Below, piece after piece: positions 9,878 through 20,385 of a DNA stretch of 64,000 nt. A program made the translations under genes and the position numbers. The stretch is from Candidatus Falkowbacteria bacterium (lineage in GTDB: Bacteria; Patescibacteriota; Patescibacteriia; Patescibacteriales; UBA12465), in contig JAPLVZ010000004.1 in assembly GCA_026396805.1 (NCBI GenBank), positions 13,601-77,600 on the forward strand, in the 5' to 3' direction. The first letter of the stretch is position 1, and every line of letters begins with the position of its first letter. The notes under the pieces were generated by a model that made no database searches, was not told the origin of the DNA, and saw only the letters and a list, made by a program, of their open reading frames with translations.

Positions 9878-9913
9878 AAGATAAGATATTTATAAACTCT
9901 GAATTTACAATAT

Positions 9914-12553
9914 ATGTTCAATAAATTCACGGAAAAATCGCAGGAAGCCATCATTAATTCCCAGATTATCGCCTCCACTTACGGCCAGGCGAATATTGAG
10001 GCGCTCCACATCTTATTGGCCCTCTTGGAGCAGAGTGAAAGCCTGACCAAGCCGATCTTGGAAAAAATGAAGATTGACCCGGAGATTATCGAGGAATACG
10101 TCATTAAGGAAATTAAAAAACTGCCGCGCGTAAAAACCAATCCTAATAACGGTCCGATCCAAGCCGTTTCCGGTACGGCCGAAACCGCTTTGATCATGGA
10201 GCGCGCCCAAAAAGAAGCCGACGGCATGAGCGATGAATTCATTTCTACCGAACATATCTTCTTGGCGCTGATCGGCATTCCCTCTCCGGCCCAGAAAATC
10301 CTTTTGAATTTTAAGGTGGAATACGAAAACGTTAAAAATATTTTAAAAGAACTCCGGGCCGGACAGACCATTACCGACCAATTTCCGGAAAATAAATACA
10401 AAGTCTTGGAAAAATACACGACTAATCTGACTGAACTGGCGCGTCAGGAAAAGCTGGATCCGGTCGTCGGCCGCGACCAGGAAATCCGCCGCATCATGCA
10501 AGTCTTATTGCGCCGGACCAAGAACAATCCGGTTCTTATCGGTGAAGCCGGAACCGGAAAAACTGCCATCGTTGAAGGTCTGGCCCAGCGCATCATTACC
10601 GGCGATGTCCCGGAAAATTTAAAAAATAAAGAAATTATTACTCTGGATTTAGGCGCGCTGGTCGCGGGCGCTAAATTCCGCGGCGAATTTGAAGACCGGC
10701 TTAAAGCCGTCTTAAAAGAAGTAAAATCGCAAAGCGGCCGCACCATCTTGTTCATTGACGAACTGCATACTATTATCGGCGCCGGCGCTTCCGAGGGTTC
10801 GATGGACGCTTCCAATATGTTAAAACCGGCCTTAGCGCGCGGCGAACTCCGCACTATCGGGGCGACCACGACCAAGGAATATCAGAAATATATTGAGCGC
10901 GACGCGGCTTTAGAGCGCCGTTTCCAACCGATTCTCGTAAACGAACCGAGCGTTGAAGATACTGTCAGCATGTTGCGCGGCTTGAAAGAAAAATATGAAG
11001 TTCATCATGGCGTTCGCATTACCGATAACGCGCTGATCGCCGCCGCTAAATTATCCAACCGTTATATCAGCGACCGCTATCTGCCCGATAAGGCCGTTGA
11101 CCTGATTGATGAAGCGACTTCGTCCTTGCGCATGGAAATAGATTCCATGCCGGATGAATTGGATCAATTAAAAAGAAAGATAAATCAACTAGAATTAAAC
11201 AAGGCCGGTTTGATGACAACCGACAAGAAATCGCCGAGACTGCGGACTCTTAACGCCGAGTTGGCGAAACTGAAAGAAAAGGCCGACCAATTGGAACTGC
11301 ATTGGAATAATGAAAAAGGCATCATCTCCCAAATTCGCGATTCCAAAAAAGAAATTGAAGAATTAAAAATTAAAGCGGAAATCGCCCAGCGCCAAGGCGC
11401 CGACTTGACCGAAGTGGCTAAAATAAAATACGGCTTGATTCCGGAACTGGAAAATAAAGTCAAACAGTCCCAAGAAGAATTAGCCAAGATCCAAAAAAAG
11501 GGCCAGCGAATATTAAAAGAAGAAGTTGATGAAGAAGATGTCGCTAAAGTCGTCGCCCGCTGGACCGGCATTCCGGTTAATCGCATGCTTCAGGATGATA
11601 TTAAAAAATTAAGCGGCGCCGAAAAAGAACTGGCCGAAGAAGTTGTCGGCCAAGAAGAAGCGATTAAAGCCATCGCCAGCGCCCTGCGCCGCAGCCGCGC
11701 CGGCATCAACGAAGAAAAAAAACCGATCGGTTCTTTCTTGTTTGTCGGTCCGACCGGCGTCGGCAAAACCGAACTGGCCAAAACTTTAGCCCGTTTCATG
11801 TTTGACGATGAGAAAGCTCTCATCCGCTTAGACATGAGCGAATTTATGGAAAAGCATAGCGTCGCCAAGCTAATCGGCTCGCCTCCGGGCTATATCGGCT
11901 ATGACGAAGGCGGCCAGCTGACCGACAAGGTCCGTCGCCATCCTTATAGCGTCGTCTTATTTGACGAGATTGAAAAAGCCCATCCAGATATGTTTAATAT
12001 GCTCTTGCAGATATTAGATGACGGCCGCCTCACCGATTCTAAAGGCCGGGTGATTAATTTTAAAAACACGATTGTCATCATGACTTCTAATTTAGGCAAT
12101 GAAATCATCAAGCAATATTCCATCGGTTTCAGCGACACCGGCGACAAGAAACAGGAGACCACGATGCGCAGCGCGGAAATGAAAGAAAAGATCGATAAAA
12201 TTTTGAAAAATCATTTCAAGCTGGAGTTTTTAAACCGCATCGATGAAATCGTCCTCTTCCAGAGCCTAACTCCGGAAGCTTTGGAAAAAATCGTCGAACT
12301 GGAACTGCTGAAAGTTGAAAAACGCTTAAACAATAAAAATATCAGCGTCAAAGTCGGCCCGAAGATAAAAAAGATGCTGGCCGAAAAAGGCTATGACATC
12401 ACTTACGGCGCCCGCCCGCTCAAGCGCATCATCCAAACCATGATTTTAGACGAATTGGCGATGGAAATAATCGAAGGCAAAATCAAAGAAGGTGATAAAG
12501 TCAGGATTGATCTGGGTGAGAAGGAAGCGGTGGTGATGAAGGTTAACGGATAA
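9914..12553 (+). CDS. clpB: chaperone ClpB (Hsp100 disaggregase)
   Basis: Clp N-domain, D1 GEAGTGKT and FIDELHT, long coiled-coil M-domain, D2 [12 protein letters not shown], 879 aa. Confidence 0.9.
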   Translation: MFNKFTEKSQEAIINSQIIASTYGQANIEALHILLALLEQSESLTKPILEKMKIDPEIIEEYVIKEIKKLPRVKTNPNNGPIQAVSGTAETALIMERAQKEADGMSDEFISTEHIFLALIGIPSPAQKILLNFKVEYENVKNILKELRAGQTITDQFPENKYKVLEKYTTNLTELARQEKLDPVVGRDQEIRRIMQVLLRRTKNNPVLIGEAGTGKTAIVEGLAQRIITGDVPENLKNKEIITLDLGALVAGAKFRGEFEDRLKAVLKEVKSQSGRTILFIDELHTIIGAGASEGSMDASNMLKPALARGELRTIGATTTKEYQKYIERDAALERRFQPILVNEPSVEDTVSMLRGLKEKYEVHHGVRITDNALIAAAKLSNRYISDRYLPDKAVDLIDEATSSLRMEIDSMPDELDQLKRKINQLELNKAGLMTTDKKSPRLRTLNAELAKLKEKADQLELHWNNEKGIISQIRDSKKEIEELKIKAEIAQRQGADLTEVAKIKYGLIPELENKVKQSQEELAKIQKKGQRILKEEVDEEDVAKVVARWTGIPVNRMLQDDIKKLSGAEKELAEEVVGQEEAIKAIASALRRSRAGINEEKKPIGSFLFVGPTGVGKTELAKTLARFMFDDEKALIRLDMSEFMEKHSVAKLIGSPPGYIGYDEGGQLTDKVRRHPYSVVLFDEIEKAHPDMFNMLLQILDDGRLTDSKGRVINFKNTIVIMTSNLGNEIIKQYSIGFSDTGDKKQETTMRSAEMKEKIDKILKNHFKLEFLNRIDEIVLFQSLTPEALEKIVELELLKVEKRLNNKNISVKVGPKIKKMLAEKGYDITYGARPLKRIIQTMILDELAMEIIEGKIKEGDKVRIDLGEKEAVVMKVNG

Positions 12554-12614
12554 AAATTAAGCAACTCAATTATGCTCCGCTAACCCATATCTACCTATTA
12601 GATTGAATTCCCAT

Positions 12615-12642
12615 AAAAATCCCGTCCGCACGGGATTTTTTA
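12615..12642 (+). terminator. rho-independent terminator after clpB
   Basis: Stem AAATCCCG / CGGGATTT with a short loop, followed by TTTTT. Confidence 0.6.
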
Positions 12643-12671
12643 TAAATATTGCTCTTGAAATAACGATAGTT

Positions 12672-12700
12672 TTGGAGAAAACGTAAAATTATACTATAAT
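12672..12700 (+). promoter_or_regulatory. putative promoter TTGGAG-N17-TATAAT
   Basis: Hexamers 9 nt upstream of the 12709 ATG. Confidence 0.35.
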
Positions 12701-12708
12701 GGTTAAAT

Positions 12709-14238
12709 ATGAATTACACTAAACTCATCAAAACAAACTTGATAGGCTTAGGCGCGCTTGTCTTCTGCCTTTTGCCGTTATTAGCGCAGGCGCAGACTGA
12801 TCTCGACCTGGATTTTAATTCTAACCGGATCCTAGAGGATAGTGAAATCCTTAATTATAGTTCCATGGGGCTCTTGGAAATCCAAAATTTTCTCCAGAAC
12901 AAGGGCAGTTATCTGGTTAACTACAGTACTCTAAATACTCACGGCGACATGAAAAGCGCCGCGGAAATAATTTATGACGCGACTCATAATAATTATGATT
13001 GCGAGGGGATAACTTTAAGCGACCAACCGACCGAAGCCGAAAAAAAATCCAAATGCCGACAGATAACAACCATCAACCCGAAATTCCTTTTAATCCTGCT
13101 TCAGAAAGAAGCCAGTTTAGTGACCGATAGCGCCCCACCTCAAGACCATTTGGATTGGGCAACCGGTTATGGCTGTCCGGACAGCTGGGTCTGCAACCCT
13201 TATTACAAAGGTTTTGGTAAGCAAGTTAACAGCGCCTCGCTCCAATTCTTGGATTATATGCAAGACCCGCAAGCTTACAATTTCAAAGTCGGCCAGACTT
13301 ATATCGCCAAAGATAAATATAGTATTCTGAAATCCATGGCCAGGGCGATAAACGACGGCGACTATAATAGTATTATCGCTTCTCCGGAAATGGTCAGTGT
13401 CACTCCGGCTAATCAAGCGACGGCCGCTTTATATAATTACACACCGCACGTCTTCAATGGCAATTATAATATCTATAAGCTGTGGAATACTTATTTCCCG
13501 AAAGTGTCACGCTTATATCCGGACGGTTCCATAATCAAAGCCGATTGGGATCCGCGAGTCTGGTTGATTGCCAACGGCCAGAAACGCCACTTCGCGAATT
13601 GGTCCGCTTTCGTTTCCCGTTTCCGCCCGGAACAAATCGTGACAGTCACCGGCGCTGATTTGGAAAACTATCCGCTCGGGGACGAGATAAAATTCGCTAA
13701 TTATTCTCTCGTCCAGACGCCTGATAAAAAAATCTATCTGCTCGTCGATCAAGAAAAACGGCCGTTCGCCAGTTTAGCCGTTTTCAAAAATATCGGCTTC
13801 AACCCCGAAGAAATTGAGACCGCGACCGTGGCCGACTTAACCGGATATTCGCTTGGCAAAGCCATTACCGCCACCTCCACTTATGTAACCGGCGCTTTGC
13901 TCCAAGATTCCAAAACCGGAGAAATATTTTATGTTGAAAATGGCCGGCGCGCTTTAGTGGACAAAGTTTTATTAAATATTAAATTTATCGGCAAAAAAAT
14001 AATTCTGAAAACCACAACTCAACTGAAAGTTTACGCCACGACCACGCCGATACTTTTAGACGAAGGTACTCTCGTCCGAACCAATACTTATCCGACAGTT
14101 TACTTGATTTCTAACGGCAAGAAGCGCCCTTTTGCCGACGATGCCACTTTTAATAAATTAGGCTATAACCCCCAGAATATTGTTACTGTCTCCTCAAAAT
14201 TCTTATATAATTACGACATGGGCGAAGCCATACAATAA
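12709..14238 (+). CDS. secreted protein with Cys-rich N-domain and four tandem ~60-aa repeats
   Basis: Signal peptide ...LLPLLAQAQT. Six Cys in the N-terminal 150 aa. Four repeats share the consensus (Y/W)L(I/V)xNGxKRxFxxxxxFxxxG(F/Y)NPxxIxTV..L..Y..G..I. Confidence 0.5.
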   Translation: MNYTKLIKTNLIGLGALVFCLLPLLAQAQTDLDLDFNSNRILEDSEILNYSSMGLLEIQNFLQNKGSYLVNYSTLNTHGDMKSAAEIIYDATHNNYDCEGITLSDQPTEAEKKSKCRQITTINPKFLLILLQKEASLVTDSAPPQDHLDWATGYGCPDSWVCNPYYKGFGKQVNSASLQFLDYMQDPQAYNFKVGQTYIAKDKYSILKSMARAINDGDYNSIIASPEMVSVTPANQATAALYNYTPHVFNGNYNIYKLWNTYFPKVSRLYPDGSIIKADWDPRVWLIANGQKRHFANWSAFVSRFRPEQIVTVTGADLENYPLGDEIKFANYSLVQTPDKKIYLLVDQEKRPFASLAVFKNIGFNPEEIETATVADLTGYSLGKAITATSTYVTGALLQDSKTGEIFYVENGRRALVDKVLLNIKFIGKKIILKTTTQLKVYATTTPILLDEGTLVRTNTYPTVYLISNGKKRPFADDATFNKLGYNPQNIVTVSSKFLYNYDMGEAIQ

Positions 14239-14280
14239 ACTGAACATATTAATAAAAACTTATTAATAAACAGGAACCCT

Positions 14281-14314
14281 AAAAGGTTTTCTCCTCCAAA
14301 GAAAACCTTTTTGA
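14281..14314 (+). terminator. rho-independent terminator
   Basis: 10-bp perfect stem AAGGTTTTCT / AGAAAACCTT with loop CCTCCA, followed by TTT. Confidence 0.5.
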
Positions 14315-14415
14315 AATTAAAAATGTCTTCTTTCCAGCAATAACTTATTGTTTTTGTCAACTTCCCTAAAATACTAAATAATACTATACTAAAAATACCT
14401 AAAAATCCTAAATTT

Positions 14416-15234
14416 ATGGCTCTAACAACCGTTGCTCTACTCCCCCATTCCCCATTGCTCATCCCGGAAATCGGCCGGGCTAATTATGGTTTCTTGACAA
14501 AGACCGTGGCGGCCTATAAAGAGATAAAGAGCACCCTGAAAGCTAATCCGGTTGATACTATCATAATCGTGTCTCCGCATAGCGCGTCGCAAGCCGATTC
14601 TTTTATTATTAATGTCGCGCCGGAAATGGAAATAAATCTGAAAGATTTCGGCTTTATCCCTCCTAAAACCGTCTTAAGCGGCGACGCTTTCTTGGCCGAT
14701 CAGCTCAAAAACGCGCTCCGTCCGGAATTCCCCTTGCAACTAATCTCCGAAAACGCTTTAGATTATGGCAGCGCCATTCCTCTTTATTTATTAAAGGACG
14801 TTTGCCCGGAAGTAAAAATAATCGTCATTTCCCCGGCCGACAGCTTAAATCTGGAAGATCAATGGCGTTTCGGCGAAAGACTGGAAATAGTCTTAACGGC
14901 CAGTAAAAAAAATATCGCCCTGATCGCTTCGGGCGACCTGTCGCATCGCTTGAAAAAAAAATCTCCGGGAGGCTATTCACCCAAAGGCGCCAAGTTTGAT
15001 AACAAGCTGATAGAATATCTCAGCGATCTAGCCACCGCTTCGGCCAATATCTTGAAGATGGATGCCAAGCTGATTAAAGATGCCGGCGAATGCGGCTTAC
15101 GCCCCTTACTGATTCTTCTCGGAACCATCAACGGTTTAAAGCGGCAGCCGGAAATTCTCTCTTATCAGACCGACTTTGGTATCGGCTATTTGGCCGTGAA
15201 TTTTAAATTATGGACTCCTTCTCAAATATCTTAA
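14416..15234 (+). CDS. LigB/Memo-superfamily protein (class III extradiol dioxygenase-like)
   Basis: N-terminal LLPHSPLL and IIVSPHS motifs, typical of LigB/DODA/Memo folds, 272 aa. Confidence 0.5.
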   Translation: MALTTVALLPHSPLLIPEIGRANYGFLTKTVAAYKEIKSTLKANPVDTIIIVSPHSASQADSFIINVAPEMEINLKDFGFIPPKTVLSGDAFLADQLKNALRPEFPLQLISENALDYGSAIPLYLLKDVCPEVKIIVISPADSLNLEDQWRFGERLEIVLTASKKNIALIASGDLSHRLKKKSPGGYSPKGAKFDNKLIEYLSDLATASANILKMDAKLIKDAGECGLRPLLILLGTINGLKRQPEILSYQTDFGIGYLAVNFKLWTPSQIS

Positions 15235-15464
15235 AAAACCGCCAGGGCGTCAAACCGATCAAGCCGCCAGCCTATCCTTGGCAGGATCTGGCTCTGCGCG
15301 TCATTTGTGATCTCGGCATCCCCGGTTTTAAACGAGGAGCGGTTTTTAAAGTCTGTAAAATAAAACCGGCCCAACAGATAGCCATCGCTCTTAACGATAC
15401 GAAGGAATTATGCCGGAGCGGGGCGAAATGGAAATATTTTTTCAAAATTATCGATCAAAAATAA
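15210..15464 (+). CDS. small hypothetical protein
   Basis: 84-aa ORF that overlaps the previous gene end by 25 nt. No recognisable motif. Confidence 0.25.
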   Translation: MDSFSNILKNRQGVKPIKPPAYPWQDLALRVICDLGIPGFKRGAVFKVCKIKPAQQIAIALNDTKELCRSGAKWKYFFKIIDQK

Positions 15465-15530
15465 ATAAATGCTTAAAAATGCTCGAAGCTAATAATCATA
15501 ACCTAAAAAATACCAAAATCTGGTAATCAT

Positions 15531-16031
15531 ATGCCCAAACAACTTCAAATATTAACAAACCCTAACCCGATCTTGCGAAAAATTTCTGACAACATCGGCG
15601 CGGAAGAAATCAGCCGGCAGAATTTCCAAGAACTTTTGGCGGACATGAAGGAAACGATGATAAAAAAAGACGGCGCCGGCCTGGCCGCGCCGCAAATCGG
15701 CCGGAATGTCCGCCTCGTCGTCATCCATCACAACAATAAGATCTATTTTCTGATAAATCCCAAGATAACCAAAAAGTCATGGGCGCGGGAAATAGAAGAA
15801 GAGGGCTGTTTGTCCGTTCTTAATAAGAAGGGAGAAATAATTTACGGACGCGTGGAGCGCCATAAAAAAGTTAATTGCGCTTATCTGGATGGGAAAGGCA
15901 AGGCCAAAAAAATAAGCGCTGATAAAATAATGTCGCGCATCATCCAGCATGAGTTGGACCATTTGGACGGAATCCTGTTCATTGATAAGCTCGTTAAAGA
16001 TAAGTTCACTAAAGATAAGCCCGTTAAGTAA
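15531..16031 (+). CDS. def: peptide deformylase
   Basis: Motifs GAGLAAPQIG, EGCLS and HELDHLDG. Confidence 0.85.
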   Translation: MPKQLQILTNPNPILRKISDNIGAEEISRQNFQELLADMKETMIKKDGAGLAAPQIGRNVRLVVIHHNNKIYFLINPKITKKSWAREIEEEGCLSVLNKKGEIIYGRVERHKKVNCAYLDGKGKAKKISADKIMSRIIQHELDHLDGILFIDKLVKDKFTKDKPVK

Positions 16032-16038
16032 AAGATAT

Positions 16039-16680
16039 TTAAAGCCCGTTTGGCGGTGTCGCGCCATTTTTATTTTGACGCCATCTCCAGAATTTCCAAG
16101 CCATCCAGACGACGCCGAGAATAAGCAAGCCCCAAGAAATTTCTCGATAATACGCCTGAAGCAAAGCTTGATTGGCGCCGATAAAATAACCCAGGGCCGC
16201 TAAGATGCTTACCCAAATAAAAGAGCCGAGAGCCGTATAAAAAAGAAATGACCAAAAAGGCATGCGACAAAAACCGGCCGGAATAGAAATCAGCTGGCGG
16301 ATGACGGGAATAAGGCGACCGCAGAAAGTGGCGGACTTGGAATTGAGAAGAAAATATTTTTCCGCCCGCTCAATTTTTTCCGGAGTAATTAATAGCAGAC
16401 GAGCGCCGCGCGTCGCGGCCAGCTTATAAACGACCAACCGCCCCAAAGACAAAGCCAAAAAATAATTAATCATCGCTCCGGCCAGACTGCCCAAGACGCC
16501 GGCAATAATAATCAAAATCAGATTCATCTTTCCCTGACTGGCCAGATAAGCGGCCGGAGGAATCACGATTTCCGAAGGAAACGGCAAAAAAGAACTTTCA
16601 ATCGTCATAAGAATCCCGACTCCGAAATAACCGAGCCCTTGCGTGATATTTAATACCCAATTGATTAAGTTTAATAACAT
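16039..16680 (-). CDS. DedA/SNARE-associated family membrane protein
   Basis: GYFGVGILMTIESSFLPFPSEIVIPPAAY core, typical of DedA. Confidence 0.75.
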   Translation of the reverse strand: MLLNLINWVLNITQGLGYFGVGILMTIESSFLPFPSEIVIPPAAYLASQGKMNLILIIIAGVLGSLAGAMINYFLALSLGRLVVYKLAATRGARLLLITPEKIERAEKYFLLNSKSATFCGRLIPVIRQLISIPAGFCRMPFWSFLFYTALGSFIWVSILAALGYFIGANQALLQAYYREISWGLLILGVVWMAWKFWRWRQNKNGATPPNGL

Positions 16681-16748
16681 AAATTAAGATGCAAATTTAG
16701 AAAGCGTTGATTACCGTATCCTCTTAATATATCATTAATTTTTGCCTT

Positions 16749-17693
16749 ATGTCCATTACCGGCCCCGACAAAAAAATACGCGTTATTTTCATGGGCACGC
16801 CCGAATTTGCCGTGCCCGGGTTGAGCCGTCTGCTGGCCACGCCCGAATTTGAAATCGTCGGCGTTTTTACCCAACCCGATAAACCGGTCGGCCGCAAACA
16901 GATATTAACTCCGTCGCCGATAAAAGAGCTGGCTTTAAAATACCGGTTGCCGTTTTTTCAGCCGGAAAAAATCCGTCCGGAAACAGCCACTATCAAAAAT
17001 TTGAAACCTGATCTGATAGTCGTTATCGCCTATGGAAAAATTATCCCGCCGGAAATTTTAGATATTCCGACCTTTGGTTGTATCAACGTTCACGCTTCCC
17101 TCTTGCCGAAATATCGCGGCGCGGCTTGTCTAAACGCGCCGATTCTAAACGGGGACGCGGCCACCGGCGTTACCATCATGAAAATGGAAGCCGGCCTTGA
17201 CACCGGCCCGATTTTACGGCAAGCTAAAATAAAATTAAGCGGTTCGGAAACTTTAAAAAATGTTCATGACCGACTGGCGGAATTAAGCGCGGAGTTACTT
17301 GTTCCGACCTTACTTGATTTTATCGGCGGGAAAATAAAGCCGCAAATTCAGGACGATACTCAAGCCAGTTATATCAAGACTCTAAGTAAAGAGGACGGGC
17401 GCATTGATTTTCAAAAAAGCGCCGTTGAAATTGAAAGGATGATCAGGGCTTATAATCCTTGGCCCGGGACTTATACAGCCATTAACGGCGAAATTTTGAA
17501 AATAATCGCCGTGGAACACAAAGCGGCGGAGATAAATAAAGTTAAACCGGGACAGCTATTTTTAGACGGCGCCCGCCTGCTCATTCAGTGTGGACAAAAC
17601 GCACTCGTTATATTAAAATTACAGCTAGCCGGAAAAAAAATAATGAACTCGGGCGAGTTCATTAACGGTTATAAGAATCTGATTGAAAAATAG
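16749..17693 (+). CDS. fmt: methionyl-tRNA formyltransferase
   Basis: IRVIFMGTPEFAV N-terminus, NVHASLLPKYRGAA motif, C-terminal domain, 314 aa. Confidence 0.85.
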   Translation: MSITGPDKKIRVIFMGTPEFAVPGLSRLLATPEFEIVGVFTQPDKPVGRKQILTPSPIKELALKYRLPFFQPEKIRPETATIKNLKPDLIVVIAYGKIIPPEILDIPTFGCINVHASLLPKYRGAACLNAPILNGDAATGVTIMKMEAGLDTGPILRQAKIKLSGSETLKNVHDRLAELSAELLVPTLLDFIGGKIKPQIQDDTQASYIKTLSKEDGRIDFQKSAVEIERMIRAYNPWPGTYTAINGEILKIIAVEHKAAEINKVKPGQLFLDGARLLIQCGQNALVILKLQLAGKKIMNSGEFINGYKNLIEK

Positions 17694-17699
17694 TTAAAT

Positions 17700-17771
17700 G
17701 GTCCCTTCGTCTAACGGTTAGGACGCCAGGTTCTCATCCTGGTAACAGGAGTTCGATTCTCCTAGGGACTA
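17700..17771 (+). tRNA. tRNA-Glu (anticodon CUC)
   Basis: Cloverleaf by hand: acceptor GGTCCCT/AGGGACT (G1-U72 wobble), D-arm GTCT..GGAC, anticodon stem CCAGG/CCTGG with loop TTCTCAT, T-arm AGGAG-TTCGATT-CTCCT. No CCA is encoded. Confidence 0.8.
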
Positions 17772-17779
17772 CTAATGGG

Positions 17780-17810
17780 GAACTGGCATGTGCCAGTTCT
17801 CTTTTGGTTT
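17780..17810 (+). terminator. rho-independent terminator after tRNA-Glu
   Basis: Perfect 9-bp stem GAACTGGCA / TGCCAGTTC with a 2-nt loop, then TCTTTTGGTTT. Confidence 0.6.
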
Positions 17811-17847
17811 GTAATATTAGCGACAATTTAAGGGTTCGACTTTCGGA

Positions 17848-17895
17848 AAAATCAAACCCACCTATTAGTTATAAGTGGGTTTGATTTTTATTTAG
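17848..17895. terminator. bidirectional terminator hairpin
   Basis: Stem AAATCAAACCCAC / GTGGGTTTGATTT with T-runs on both strands. It closes the convergent minus-strand island gene. Confidence 0.5.
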
Positions 17896-17919
17896 AAGCG
17901 CATTCTTCTTAAAAGTTAA

Positions 17920-18690
17920 TTATGCCAAAATTGTCTTAATAATTTGCAAAATATCATGTTTATGACTATTAGATAAAATACCAAACATTTTCAGCATTTC
18001 TAAAAATACACTGATGTTGTTCTCTGTAATTTCAAAAAAAGCGATTTCTTTTGTCTCGGCAGTTCGCCCAATTAAATTCGGATTCGCTTTTAGTTCTGTA
18101 ATCGGAAAACATAAATATAGCATCGGCTGAGTTCCAACTGCGTATTGTTTTCCGGTAATTTTTATCTCAGTAACTATTTCGTATCCATTAAATTTATGAA
18201 TTAAAAGCGGATATTTAACTTGAGTATATTCGAAATCAAATCCGTTTATGTTTTTTGCTATTGGGTGGCTACGATCAATTTGCAATTCAGAATTGTCATC
18301 AATTAAATCATTACTTTGTATTGAATTAAGATAGACAATAACACCCTCTAATTTTTCCCTGGTAATAACACCCCATTTATAAAAATGCCAAATATATTCT
18401 GACAATTCGTAAAGTGCCTTAGTTTTTCCATTTGCACCAATAAATTCAGTCTCTGGCAGTGATGACTCCGCGAGTTTTTCCGTTTCCTTTTTAACGACAT
18501 CATAACCGATTTGCCATTCAACATAGTTACTCAAAACAAAGCCGTCTCGTTTAACTGCAACTGGCGTTCCGTATTCATTTACAATAGAACGATTTTTAAC
18601 ACGAATTTTCCCACTAACAGCAGTCAATAAAATCGGAACTTCAATTTTGTGCTCCTGCTCTTTAATTAAAATTTTTGGCATATTTTTCAC
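17920..18690 (-). CDS. putative Type II restriction endonuclease (partner of the adjacent MTase)
   Basis: 256-aa AT-rich ORF that overlaps the MTase gene 3' end by 29 nt on the same strand. It is similar in size to R.TaqI. No motif was confirmed. Confidence 0.45.
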   Translation of the reverse strand: MKNMPKILIKEQEHKIEVPILLTAVSGKIRVKNRSIVNEYGTPVAVKRDGFVLSNYVEWQIGYDVVKKETEKLAESSLPETEFIGANGKTKALYELSEYIWHFYKWGVITREKLEGVIVYLNSIQSNDLIDDNSELQIDRSHPIAKNINGFDFEYTQVKYPLLIHKFNGYEIVTEIKITGKQYAVGTQPMLYLCFPITELKANPNLIGRTAETKEIAFFEITENNISVFLEMLKMFGILSNSHKHDILQIIKTILA

Positions 18691-19834
18691 CTAGTCTAGT
18701 TCCTAATAATTCTTTAAAATAATTATCTATTTTTAGTTTAGCATTAGGAATTTCTCTAAATTTAAATATATTTTTTAAAACTGGATTTGTATGAACGCTT
18801 TGGGCAATAAAACATTCTTTTATTTTAATAAATTTTTCATTGTCAATTATCACATCACAATTTCCAATAAAATACGGCATTCTGTCCGCATACTGTTTGA
18901 ACACATCTATATAGCAATAATACGGGAGTTTTTCCATTAAAATATAAACCGTATTATAGTTATCAGAATCAATAAAGGTGCGGTTTCTTTTAAGGGCATT
19001 TATGTCTCTTAACGTCCAAAACTTTGCCACTGGCTTATTATTTTGATTCAAATATTTTTTATTTGGATATTTTTGGACATAATTAACAATTGTATCAAAA
19101 TCTTTTAGACGAAAAACTCCGTCATCTTTTACCTTAAATTGATAATCCTGGATATAATCATAAGTCATTCCCTTTTGATCTCTTTTATAAAGAGCAATTA
19201 GAATCGGAAAGGCCATTCCACGAGAGGTAGCAGAAAATTCATGACTGCTAATAATCATTCCGTCGATTAATCTATAGTTTTTTGTGAATTTCGATAACAG
19301 AGCAAAATTTGCTTTCTTAATTAAATAAGACAGGGGGTGCAAAACACAGACATAATCCGCTTGGAGTTTATCATAAGAAAGTAAAAATGACATTCCTAAA
19401 TCACGAGTTTTTATATCAATATCAATTTTATCTTGGACAGAAACATCTTTTATGGAATTGCGAATTATAGAGGTTGTGTCGTTGTATGGCGGATTGCCAA
19501 TGGCTATCAGCTTTTCTTCGTTTTCAATTGATAAGTTTTTTCGACTAACATTTGCAAGCGAATTTTGGCAAATGAAATTTGCACCGTTTAGCTTTCTCTT
19601 CGCCTCAGAAACGGCTTGTTTATCAATATCAGCACCAATTAATCTTTTAGCAATATTCTTTTTTGTTAAAAATGAACCGTAGCCACAAGACGAATCTAAA
19701 ATCGTAAAATCTTTAATGTTTGAAACATTTTTTTGTAAAATAGAATGAGCCAGATCAACGATAATTTCAGGCGTATAATAAGAACCGAGATTAACGGTAT
19801 CTATATGATTTAAATGTTTTTGGTTGATATTCAT
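18662..19834 (-). CDS. gamma-class N6-adenine DNA methyltransferase (TaqI/Eco57I-like)
   Basis: Motif X YYTP, motif I ILDSSCGYGSFL, motif IV NPPY, in the gamma-class order, 390 aa. Confidence 0.8.
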   Translation of the reverse strand: MNINQKHLNHIDTVNLGSYYTPEIIVDLAHSILQKNVSNIKDFTILDSSCGYGSFLTKKNIAKRLIGADIDKQAVSEAKRKLNGANFICQNSLANVSRKNLSIENEEKLIAIGNPPYNDTTSIIRNSIKDVSVQDKIDIDIKTRDLGMSFLLSYDKLQADYVCVLHPLSYLIKKANFALLSKFTKNYRLIDGMIISSHEFSATSRGMAFPILIALYKRDQKGMTYDYIQDYQFKVKDDGVFRLKDFDTIVNYVQKYPNKKYLNQNNKPVAKFWTLRDINALKRNRTFIDSDNYNTVYILMEKLPYYCYIDVFKQYADRMPYFIGNCDVIIDNEKFIKIKECFIAQSVHTNPVLKNIFKFREIPNAKLKIDNYFKELLGTRLGEKYAKNFN

Positions 19835-19947
19835 AAAATAAATATGGGGGCTTTTATTTTGATTATAGTATAGCAGTTTTTTGAGCCTTAGACAACTTGC
19901 GACACGCCCTCAAATGTGTTATAAATTAAGTAGTTTTATATAAAAAT

Positions 19948-20382
19948 ATGATAAAAAAGCAATCAAAAAATGATAAATTATTATCCGAAGATTTTGTTAA
20001 AAACTCTATTATAAAATGGCTTTCAGCTAATAATTGGGGCCATTTAGAATTCGGCGGACTAAGGGAAAAAGGGGTTGATATTAAGGCCAAACATAATCAA
20101 TACCCTATTTATTATTTTATTGAAACAAAAGGCGAGGGTAAAATAAGACAAGCTGATGAAGTGGCTTTTGTTTATTCGCTTGGGCAAATTATAACCCGAA
20201 TGAAAACCAACAACACCAGAAATAAATATGCTCTCGGACTGCCAGAATCAAGTGCTAAAATAGCTTTACGCCGATTACCGTGGCAAATTTCTAAAAAATT
20301 ACTACTTTATATTTTAGCAGTAGATAAAAAAGGCAAAGTTAAACAATATTCTTGGAAAGAATTAAAAGAAACGAATAAATAA
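19948..20382 (+). CDS. small hypothetical protein with PD-(D/E)xK-like motifs
   Basis: GVDIKA ... YYFIETKGEG fits a D...ExK nuclease core. 144 aa, AT-rich, divergent from the MTase. Confidence 0.35.
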   Translation: MIKKQSKNDKLLSEDFVKNSIIKWLSANNWGHLEFGGLREKGVDIKAKHNQYPIYYFIETKGEGKIRQADEVAFVYSLGQIITRMKTNNTRNKYALGLPESSAKIALRRLPWQISKKLLLYILAVDKKGKVKQYSWKELKETNK

Positions 20383-20385
20383 TGT

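Noticed and set aside
9979-12162. Several 70-146-aa ORFs antisense to clpB
   Set aside because: They are embedded in a strongly supported gene. Their low-complexity Ser/Ala-rich translations are typical of the reverse frame of a GC-balanced gene.
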